Origin: an uncultured Planctomycetia bacterium
GTDB lineage: Bacteria > Omnitrophota > Gorgyraeia > Duberdicusellales > 4484-171
Assembly (NCBI GenBank): GCA_964635565.1
Contig: CAZWON010000005.1
Location: forward strand, 17,736-81,735
DNA: 64,000 nucleotides
Reading direction: 5' to 3'
The notes under the pieces were generated by a model. That model saw only the letters and a program-made list of their open reading frames with translations. It was not told where the DNA came from and did not search any database. Below are positions 37,109-44,515 of the stretch, one piece after another. The stretch's first letter is position 1; each line of letters starts with the position of its first letter. The position numbers and the translations under genes are program-made.

Positions 37109-37184
37109 CACAGATTAACACAGAAAAATGTACAGAGAACCACAGATACTTGCGTTCATCTGCTTTAATCTGTGGAAATCTGTG
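37109..37184. repeat. ACACAGAT-box array element (4 direct + 3 inverted copies, ~10-bp phased)
   Basis: CACAGAT at 37109, CACAGAA at 37119, TACAGAG at 37131, CACAGAT at 37141; inverse ATCTG(C/T)G at 37157, 37168 and 37178; the arms form a long imperfect inverted repeat. Confidence 0.7.
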
Positions 37185-37188
37185 TATA

Positions 37189-38658
37189 TCAAACGTACAA
37201 CTCTTTATGCGAAGATGCCTTCTCAAATCGTGAGATATTCTCTATATAGGAACGAAAACAGAGCTTAACATAGGGATGATAAATTTTTGAGTACATAATT
37301 CGCTCCACTCTTCCTGGTTTGGAGTAAAATTCACGCAATGCCCAAGCCCCTAACCTACCAACTTCCTCAACAGAAAGGTGCTTTGTAGGCACAACAGGAT
37401 GATGAAAATCCCACATCTTTAGGTCGTCGAATTTTACCCATTCCCTTTCTACATATTCTTTCCATATCGGCGCACCTGGCATAGGCGTTAAATACTGTAA
37501 AGCACAAATATCTGGGTCAATCCTATCTACAACCTCAAATCGTTTCTTTATCTTATACTCATCATCATTCTCAAACCCCATCATCCACGTTAAAACCGTA
37601 GCAATACCAGCTTCTTTCAATTTGGCAATAGTCTCTTCTACTTGCTCCACAGTTATGCCTTTGCCCAGTTCTTTTAACTCCTCGTCTGTGGCAACCTCAA
37701 TTCCTGCCAAAGCCAAAAAACAACCCGCCTCTTTCATCTTAGGGAACAAATCAATATCCCTTAAATAGTAAGGCGCCCTTCCTAAAAAACACCAATGAAT
37801 TTTTTTATTCAATGTGCATTTCATCATCCCATCAAGAAATTCCTCTATTCTCCGACGAGAGGTGTTAAAACAATCGTCCATCATAGTAACAACTCTTACT
37901 CCAAACTTCTCATAAAGAAGCTCTAACTCATCGACAACGAGTTTCCCGCTTCTTGCCCTAAAAAACTTTAAATCAGCGTTTCCCCGTGGATCAAACTGTG
38001 ACCACTCGTAACAAAATCTACACCCTGCTGGACACCCTCGTGAATTCCACGTTTCCACATAGTTCTTCCAATAATCATGGCCAACATATCTATCCATAGG
38101 GAATAAATCATATGCGGGTATAGGCAACTCATCTAAATCAGTAATTAGACTACGATATTCAGTTAAAATAATCTCTCCATCTTTCCGAAAAGCAACTCCT
38201 TTGACTTGCTCTATATTTCTTCCTTCTGTAAGCGCCTCAACTAATTCTACAAAACTATAATCGTGCTCTCCTACAATACAGTAATCTATCCAAGGATTGC
38301 GCTCCAAGATTTCAGATGACGCAGAAGCATAAACCAACCCCGAGGCAATAATTGCTGTTTCCGGTAGCTTCTCCTTAACAAGACGTGCTGCCTGATTGTA
38401 CCTATACACAACTGCTGCCCCGCCCGTTGTGTGAAGAATATCACCAATGTGAATAATTTCCGGCTTGATTTTTACTACCTCTTCCACCATTCTCCTCTCA
38501 TCAAGCTCTAATGCCCGACAGTCTAAAACTTGTAATTTATAGTCGGAGTGTTTCTCTCTTAATAATCCTGCTAATTGAGCTTGACCAATATTAGGGGCCC
38601 GATGTTTCCCCCATGTTGACCATGCTCCTAAGGGCGGTTGTAGAAATAACACCTTCAT
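37189..38658 (-). CDS. B12-binding radical SAM protein (class B rSAM, methyltransferase-like)
   Basis: 489 aa; N-terminal cobalamin-binding Rossmann-like domain then the CPAGCRFC radical-SAM motif; appears GC-richer than its neighbours. Confidence 0.75.
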   Translation of the reverse strand: MKVLFLQPPLGAWSTWGKHRAPNIGQAQLAGLLREKHSDYKLQVLDCRALELDERRMVEEVVKIKPEIIHIGDILHTTGGAAVVYRYNQAARLVKEKLPETAIIASGLVYASASSEILERNPWIDYCIVGEHDYSFVELVEALTEGRNIEQVKGVAFRKDGEIILTEYRSLITDLDELPIPAYDLFPMDRYVGHDYWKNYVETWNSRGCPAGCRFCYEWSQFDPRGNADLKFFRARSGKLVVDELELLYEKFGVRVVTMMDDCFNTSRRRIEEFLDGMMKCTLNKKIHWCFLGRAPYYLRDIDLFPKMKEAGCFLALAGIEVATDEELKELGKGITVEQVEETIAKLKEAGIATVLTWMMGFENDDEYKIKKRFEVVDRIDPDICALQYLTPMPGAPIWKEYVEREWVKFDDLKMWDFHHPVVPTKHLSVEEVGRLGAWALREFYSKPGRVERIMYSKIYHPYVKLCFRSYIENISRFEKASSHKELYV

Positions 38659-38717
38659 ATACCTCTGCCTCCTCCCCCTAACCTATAACCTATTATTTCT
38701 CAATTAATTATCGAGGG

Positions 38718-40229
38718 TTACCCTCGATAATTTTGTAGTTGTTTTTTATCAATTTTACCTGTCCGTGTCTTAGGAAGCTCGCTTAAAAATTCAAAGTAAT
38801 GAGGAATTTTAAAATGGGCTAAGTACTTTTTTAAAAAATCCTTTAGCTCCTCTTCACTTAAACTTTCCTCTTCTTTTATTACAATAAATGCTTTAGGCAC
38901 CTCTCCTCTTAACTTATCCGGCACTCCAATAACTGCTACTTCTTTAACTTTAGGATGAAGCTGAATTTTTTCTTCAACCTCAGGGCTAAAAACTATTTCC
39001 CCCGCTACCTTTATCATATCCTTCTTTCTTCCCACAATATAAAAAAGACCCTCTTTATCGTAATAGGCAATGTCACCTGTCTTCAACCAACCATCTTTAG
39101 TTAATACAGCATCCGTTAATGCTTGCTCCCTATAGTAACCCACCATCACCCCCTCTCCTTTCACCCACAATTCCCCGCATTGTCCTTCTTTCAAAGTGTC
39201 CCCTTTATCATCAACAATTTTTGCTTCCATCCCAGGATAAAACTTGCCAATGCTCTCTAACTTATCTACATCAACAGGTAAAACACAGTTAGGAGCAGAG
39301 GTTTCAGTCATTCCCCATCCATTGAGCAAACGTGCCTTGGGACAAGTTTTATGAAACCTTTTAAGAAGAATTGGTGAAGAAGGCGCACCAAAAACAACCG
39401 CATATCGCAAAGAAGATAAATTAAATTTAGTATAATCTTTTAAAGAAAGTATTGCTATATACATTGCAGGGACAATCCAAAACCAGGTTACTTGATACTT
39501 TTCTATATTGCGTAAAAATTCAAATGGCTGAAATCGCTCCATTAAAATAAGAGTCTGGCCAGTAGCCAGCATAACTAAAATATAATCAATGCCACCAATA
39601 TGAGAAAAAGGAACCCCCCCGCATAAAACAATATCACAAGAAGAAACATCAAGGGCATAGTTTATACAATTTATGGGATTATCAAAATGCCGGTAAGTTA
39701 ACATTACTCCTTTGGGATGACCTGTTGAACCTGATGTATAGAAAATTGCCGACAAGCTATCTTCTTCAATCTGCACAGGAGGTTCGTCTTTTTGAAATTT
39801 TTCTAAAATATCCCCTAAGAAGATAAATTTTTCCCCTCTATTTTCACAAAGAATAATCTCCTTTAATGAAGGGCACCTTTCTTTAATCCGTTCAAATTTA
39901 AAATCTTTTTTAGGATAAGCAACAATTAGACTTGCCTGACTGTGATTTATAAAATTAATAACCTCGTTTTCTGTAAGCATAAAATCTAAAGGGACAACAC
40001 AGGCGCCAATACTGAACACTCCTAAGAAAACATAGATAGCTTCAGGAATATTAGGGAAGAATACTACTATCTTATCTTCTTTTTTTATCCCTTTATCAAT
40101 AAGAAAATTGGCAAAAGAAAAGGAAATTCCCTTTAATTCTAAAAAACTAACAGGTTTATCTTCAAAAACAAAGGCAGGTTTCTTTTCATAGATTTTTGCC
40201 TGGTTAATAAGAAGATTTTTTACATTCAT
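38718..40229 (-). CDS. AMP-dependent acyl-CoA synthetase/ligase (fatty-acid--CoA ligase family)
   Basis: 503 aa; AMP-binding motif IFYTSGSTGHPKGV, GWGMTETS, TGDIAYYDKEGLFYIVGRKKDMIKVAGE and PKTRTGKI motifs. Confidence 0.88.
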   Translation of the reverse strand: MNVKNLLINQAKIYEKKPAFVFEDKPVSFLELKGISFSFANFLIDKGIKKEDKIVVFFPNIPEAIYVFLGVFSIGACVVPLDFMLTENEVINFINHSQASLIVAYPKKDFKFERIKERCPSLKEIILCENRGEKFIFLGDILEKFQKDEPPVQIEEDSLSAIFYTSGSTGHPKGVMLTYRHFDNPINCINYALDVSSCDIVLCGGVPFSHIGGIDYILVMLATGQTLILMERFQPFEFLRNIEKYQVTWFWIVPAMYIAILSLKDYTKFNLSSLRYAVVFGAPSSPILLKRFHKTCPKARLLNGWGMTETSAPNCVLPVDVDKLESIGKFYPGMEAKIVDDKGDTLKEGQCGELWVKGEGVMVGYYREQALTDAVLTKDGWLKTGDIAYYDKEGLFYIVGRKKDMIKVAGEIVFSPEVEEKIQLHPKVKEVAVIGVPDKLRGEVPKAFIVIKEEESLSEEELKDFLKKYLAHFKIPHYFEFLSELPKTRTGKIDKKQLQNYRG

Positions 40230-40264
40230 TATAGTAAAATTTAACTAGTTAAATTTTACTATAA
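40229..40264. promoter_or_regulatory. perfect 36-bp palindrome (operator-like) abutting the start codon of the acyl-CoA ligase gene
   Basis: ATAGTAAAATTTAACTAGTTAAATTTTACTAT (40231-40262) is an exact reverse-complement palindrome that extends to 40229-40264; a TTGACT -35-like hexamer lies just upstream on the coding strand. Confidence 0.6.
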
Positions 40265-40340
40265 ACCTGAAAGGAGTCAACTTTTTTTTAAAATTTTTTC
40301 TCTTTACCTTAAAAGTATTAAGGAAATAAAATGAGGTAGT

Positions 40341-40742
40341 TTAGAAGGTAAGGGTTATTGTCCTATCACCCTGTGAATCAATGAGTTGAACACTATTATT
40401 ATCTATCTTCTTAATTTCTAATTTATTAATCTTATCTCCTTCTTTAAAAACCTTGCCATTAATAATTGCTAAGGGTTTACCTTTATCATAAACTATCCCT
40501 TCTAAAAGAAGTTCGTTTTGGGGATATTTTTTCTCTTTAAAAGGGACTTTTTTCTTATGCTTTTTGTTCACATTTAGAGGTAAAGATGTTGGAGGTTTTT
40601 GTTTTATTTTTATAAAAAAGGAGAAACCTATTATAACTATTAAAGCAAAAATAATCCCTAAAAAAAATTTTTTTTTATTATTGGTTCCTTTTTTAACACT
40701 TTTTATTTCTGCTTTTTTGAGAGCTTCATAAATAATACTCAT
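40341..40742 (-). CDS. bitopic membrane protein with C-terminal PilP/GspC-like β-domain (GspB/MshN-position partner of the ExeA-like ATPase)
   Basis: Likely start MSIIYEALKK (ATGA overlap with the upstream gene); one TM helix; C-terminus ELLLEGIVYDKGKPLAIINGKVFKEGDKINKLEIKKI is ~40% identical to the PilP-like protein at 43056-43412. Confidence 0.5.
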   Translation of the reverse strand: MSIIYEALKKAEIKSVKKGTNNKKKFFLGIIFALIVIIGFSFFIKIKQKPPTSLPLNVNKKHKKKVPFKEKKYPQNELLLEGIVYDKGKPLAIINGKVFKEGDKINKLEIKKIDNNSVQLIDSQGDRTITLTF

Positions 40743-41536
40743 CTTAACTCTTCTACAGAAGCCTTCAGTATCTCTTCGTCTAAAACTTTTGTGCCCTTTA
40801 CAAAACCACAAAGCATTGCTCTTTCGCAAATCATATTAATAAGACGGGGGATCCCGCAGGAAAAATCATAGATTACTTTAAAACTTTCAGGAAGAATTTT
40901 TATATCCTTAACACCTGCTTTGTTAAGTCTAAAATAAATATAGTCTTTAACTTCTTGGCGATTAAAGGGTGAAAGCTCATATTTTACAAAGATTCGTTGA
41001 CGAATCTGCCGTAAGTTGGGATGACTGAGTTTATATTTTAATTCAGGTTGTCCTACTAAAACAATCTGGAGAAGCTTATGATAAGAAGTTTCTAAATTGG
41101 AAAGGAGGCGAATTTGCTCAAGCTGACGGGCAGTTAAATCCTGGGCCTCATCAATAATAACTACTGCTGTTAAGCCTTCTTTATATATCTTTAAGAGATA
41201 ATCGTTTAATTTTTGCACAATGCTTAGACGGTCTTTTTTTCCACAAGTCAGACCAAAATCATTGGCAATGGCCTGCAACAGCTGGACCTGGCTAAAGTAA
41301 GGATTAAGGATTAAAGAAGTTTTTATATCAGAAGGGATACGATTAAGAAAAGCTTTACAAAGTGTTGTTTTTCCTGTACCAACTTCACCAGTTATTAAGA
41401 TTATCCCTTTTTTTTCATTAATGCCATATAAAAGCGTGGCTAAGGCTTCTTTGTGAGAAGTGCTTTCAAAGAAAAAATCAGGATTAGAAGTGATATTAAA
41501 TGGTGATTGTTTTATGCGGTAGAAATCGTAATACAT
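40739..41536 (-). CDS. ExeA/GspA (MshM)-like AAA ATPase of secretin-assembly type
   Basis: 265 aa; PF..T.NPDFFFES.SH.EAL..L...I......ILITGEVGTGKTTLC (Walker A), VVIIDEAQDL (Walker B), ...LVGQPEL; a cytoplasmic AAA domain only, like MshM. Confidence 0.75.
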   Translation of the reverse strand: MYYDFYRIKQSPFNITSNPDFFFESTSHKEALATLLYGINEKKGIILITGEVGTGKTTLCKAFLNRIPSDIKTSLILNPYFSQVQLLQAIANDFGLTCGKKDRLSIVQKLNDYLLKIYKEGLTAVVIIDEAQDLTARQLEQIRLLSNLETSYHKLLQIVLVGQPELKYKLSHPNLRQIRQRIFVKYELSPFNRQEVKDYIYFRLNKAGVKDIKILPESFKVIYDFSCGIPRLINMICERAMLCGFVKGTKVLDEEILKASVEELR

Positions 41537-41557
41537 GGTTTCACTTGTCTATACAAA

Positions 41558-41678
41558 CACAGATGAACACAGATTTATAACAGAACTACACAGATATATT
41601 ATTATTTTAAAATGTTAATTGCCAATATCACATTTTATTATCTGCGATCATCTGTTTATTCTTCTGTGACCATCTGTG
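41558..41678. repeat. ACACAGAT-box array element (4 direct + 4 inverted copies flanking an AT-rich core)
   Basis: CACAGAT at 41558, 41568 and 41589 plus AACAGAA at 41579; inverse ATCTGCG at 41640, ATCTGTT at 41650, TTCTGTG at 41662, ATCTGTG at 41672; spacings 10-12 bp; the central 45 bp holds a possible minus-strand TTGGCA-15-TAATAA promoter. Confidence 0.7.
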
Positions 41679-41688
41679 TATATAAAAT

Positions 41689-43056
41689 TTATTTTTCAGC
41701 AGTCTCCAATTTAGGTGTTACAATTCTGGGAGTAATAAAAATCAAAAGATTCTTTTTCTCAACACTTTTATCTTTATGTTTAAATAAATAACCCAAAAAA
41801 GGAATGTCTCCTAATAAAGGTATTTTGTTTACAGTATCTACTACTTTATCCCTTATCAACCCTGCAATCACCAAAGTCTCGCCGTCTTTTATCATAACTT
41901 TTGTAGAAGTGGTTTGTGTATTTAATACAGGAACAGTTGTCTGTAGTCCTGAAGCACTTACAAATGACTTATCAGATACTTTTTCATCTACAGTGGGTTT
42001 TACGCTTAAAGTTATAAACCCTTCTTTATTTATCTGAGGCGTCACCTCTAAAGTAACCCCATATTCGTATTTCTCAAAACCATTTATCTCCCATGTGCCT
42101 GTATCACTATTGTAGGTATATTGTGGAACAGGGTCTGTAGTTGTCACTTTAATTATTGCAGGAGAGTTATCCATAGTAGTAATTTGAGGGGCGGATTTAA
42201 TCTTAGTATTTATATCACTAAATAATATCTCCAATGTAGTCTGCAATCCTGAAGCATCTAATGTACCAAAAGTAAACAACGTACTTGCAGGGGAAGGAAA
42301 ATCTAAAGTAGTATCTTTTAAATATTTATTGTCAGAATGACCTGTAGAAGGCCAGGTTGTGGGACGTTTACTTCCTGAGGCTATACCTTGAATATCCCAC
42401 TTTATCCCCAACTTATTGGTAACTCCTAAATCTGTCTCAATTATCTTCGCCTCGATTAAAACTTGAGGAGTAATAGTGTCTAACGCCTCTACTATTTTCT
42501 CTAAAGAAGGCAAATTTGACTGGACATCAGTAATAATAAGAGTGTTGGTGCGGGAGTCATAAGTGAATCTCCCCCGAGAAGTAAGTGCCCTAGCAATTGT
42601 CTTCTTTATATCTTCAACTTTGGCAAAATTCAAAGTAAAGACTTTTGTTTCGAGTGGCTCTGCAACTTTAGCCTCTTGAGCCTTCTTACGTTTTTCTGCT
42701 AAATTATCCAAGGTATCTACCAAAATTATGTTTTTACCTATCCACTCATAACCATAATCATAGGTCTTAAGCACTGCCTGAAGAGCTGTTTGCCAGTCTA
42801 CATTTTCTAAGTCTACTGTCACCAGACCTTTAATATCTGGCCCAAGAATAATATTTACCCGTTTACCCTCTTTTATTGCCTTCTGGGTAATAGCCTGTAA
42901 CACTACCCTAATATCGGCATCTTTAAACTTTAAAGTCTCAATAACCCCTGCTTCTTGAGCATGGGTTTTATAAAAAGAAGTAACAGAAACTATAGAGAAT
43001 ACAAGCAATAAAATAATAATCTGAAATTGGAAATTGGAAATTGGAAATTTTTTCAT
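41689..43056 (-). CDS. pilQ: type IV pilus / type II secretion secretin (PilQ/MshL/GspD family)
   Basis: Secretin C-terminal domain (..NKIPLLGDIPFLGYLFKHKDKSVEKKNLLIFITPRIV), N0/N1-like domains; the likely start is the MKKFPISNFQ ATG at 43056, preceded by GGGAGGA and forming a TAATG overlap with the upstream gene. Confidence 0.88.
   Translation of the reverse strand: MKKFPISNFQFQIIILLLVFSIVSVTSFYKTHAQEAGVIETLKFKDADIRVVLQAITQKAIKEGKRVNIILGPDIKGLVTVDLENVDWQTALQAVLKTYDYGYEWIGKNIILVDTLDNLAEKRKKAQEAKVAEPLETKVFTLNFAKVEDIKKTIARALTSRGRFTYDSRTNTLIITDVQSNLPSLEKIVEALDTITPQVLIEAKIIETDLGVTNKLGIKWDIQGIASGSKRPTTWPSTGHSDNKYLKDTTLDFPSPASTLFTFGTLDASGLQTTLEILFSDINTKIKSAPQITTMDNSPAIIKVTTTDPVPQYTYNSDTGTWEINGFEKYEYGVTLEVTPQINKEGFITLSVKPTVDEKVSDKSFVSASGLQTTVPVLNTQTTSTKVMIKDGETLVIAGLIRDKVVDTVNKIPLLGDIPFLGYLFKHKDKSVEKKNLLIFITPRIVTPKLETAEK
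43023..43050. repeat. heptanucleotide tandem repeat (GAAATTG)x3.9 inside the 5' end of the secretin gene
   Basis: GAAATTG at 43023, 43030 and 43037 plus GAAATTT at 43044; encodes the signal-peptide residues ..PISNFQFQ.. Confidence 0.8.
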
Positions 43057-43412
43057 TATTCCTCCCATTTTAAAATAAATTCCTCCCCCTCCTTCTCAAA
43101 TATCACCTGATAAGCTTCTATTTTTTTTATTTTATATTCTTCTATTTTATCACCTTCTCTATAAACTTCATTATTTATAATAACCTGACTTCCTGTGGGA
43201 GAATATATAATTCCTTGTAAAAAGAAATCTCCCATTTGTTTTCTCTCCTTTATAAGAATATTGCCACTTTCATCTACCAAAGGTTTAAGAGGATCCCTTT
43301 CTCTAAAAGAACTATAAGGATATTTATAATTCTGCGCCCACACAGAACAGACAAAAAAATTAAACAACAACATTAGCTCTCCATATTTTACAGTATATTT
43401 TATCTTTCCCAT
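43056..43412 (-). CDS. PilP-like (MshK-position) small pilus-assembly protein
   Basis: 118 aa; N-terminal signal/anchor (LLFNFFVCSVWAQ); C-terminal β-domain FFLQGIIYSPTGSQVIINNEVYREGDKIEEYKIKKIE is a paralog of the C-terminus of 40341-40742; immediately upstream of the secretin. Confidence 0.55.
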   Translation of the reverse strand: MGKIKYTVKYGELMLLFNFFVCSVWAQNYKYPYSSFRERDPLKPLVDESGNILIKERKQMGDFFLQGIIYSPTGSQVIINNEVYREGDKIEEYKIKKIEAYQVIFEKEGEEFILKWEE

Positions 43413-43955
43413 TTATTCTTTTAATAAAGTAACTGCCTTGAACTCCACCTCATGATAAGGACTATTAGTAGATTTAATAGATAATTTTTTTATCTCTAAA
43501 AAATAATAACTTTGCTGTAGGATATTAAGAAAGCGACAAATGTTATGGAAAGAAGCTTGTGCTTTTAATATCAATGGCAAAGAAAAAATTTTTGCTTTTT
43601 CTATTTTTTTATAAAGTTTAGGCTGGATTTGAGATATTTCTAATAAATCAACCATATTTTCTTTTGCCTTATGAGAAATAAATGCCAAGACACTGGAAAT
43701 CTCCCCTGCAGTAATAATCTTGCTGTCTAAGTTTACAATATCTAATTTTATCTTTTCGATAGTATTAATAAATTCATTTTTGGATTTTATATCTCTTTTG
43801 ACCTCTTTTATTTTCTTTTTAAAATCTTTTACCTTTGAGCCTAAAGAGGATAACTTTTTAATTTGAAAAGGAAAAATAAAAATTAACTCTACAATACAAA
43901 AAACATAGATAATAATAGTAACTATTTCTTTTTTGTCTAACTTTAGATTTTGCAT
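43413..43955 (-). CDS. pilO: PilO-like inner-membrane pilus alignment protein
   Basis: 180 aa; N-terminal TM helix, coiled-coil, then a ferredoxin-like C-terminal region; position between PilN-like and PilP-like genes. Confidence 0.55.
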   Translation of the reverse strand: MQNLKLDKKEIVTIIIYVFCIVELIFIFPFQIKKLSSLGSKVKDFKKKIKEVKRDIKSKNEFINTIEKIKLDIVNLDSKIITAGEISSVLAFISHKAKENMVDLLEISQIQPKLYKKIEKAKIFSLPLILKAQASFHNICRFLNILQQSYYFLEIKKLSIKSTNSPYHEVEFKAVTLLKE

Positions 43956-44515
43956 TCTACCTCAAATTTCATTGCTTCTTTACCATACAACTCAATTTTT
44001 CTTGAACTCCTTAAATGAATATGGCAAAAAATCTTGGAAAAGTATTCTGTCTTTTTTAGTCTTTTTATAAACTTGTCTATAGAAGCCAAAGGAGATTCCT
44101 TCCATAAAACAGCATAACCTACAAAGATAATTTTATCCTCATCAAAATTTATATTATCAAACCAGATATTTTTAGGTAAAGAATCATAAACATCTGCAAG
44201 CGCATGAGAAATATCTACCTTATAGGTAACTAACGAGGTATATATTTTCTTTTTTAGTTCTAAATTCTCTAGTTCTTTTTTCAAAGAATTTATCTGTTCT
44301 ACCTTGGGTTGCAATTGCTTCCATTCTTTGCTTAGGTTGCGATAAGGAAAAGAAAGCCAAGATGTAAGAAGGAAAATAATAATATTAAAAAGGATTAAAC
44401 CCACTCCTCCTAATAATACAAAAGGAGCGTATTTTTCCATTATCGTAAGATACTTATTTTCCTCCTTTTGCTGATAGGGATAGAGATTTATCTGAATCTT
44501 TTTTACTTCTATCAT
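43943..44515 (-). CDS. pilN: PilN-like inner-membrane pilus alignment protein
   Basis: 190 aa; short cytoplasmic N-terminus, single TM (VLLGGVGLILFNIIIFLLTSW), periplasmic coiled-coil; overlaps the pilM stop. Confidence 0.55.
   Translation of the reverse strand: MIEVKKIQINLYPYQQKEENKYLTIMEKYAPFVLLGGVGLILFNIIIFLLTSWLSFPYRNLSKEWKQLQPKVEQINSLKKELENLELKKKIYTSLVTYKVDISHALADVYDSLPKNIWFDNINFDEDKIIFVGYAVLWKESPLASIDKFIKRLKKTEYFSKIFCHIHLRSSRKIELYGKEAMKFEVECKI

Noticed and set aside
41804-42037. 77-aa plus-strand ORF inside the secretin gene
   Set aside because: Antisense to the conserved secretin C-terminal domain.
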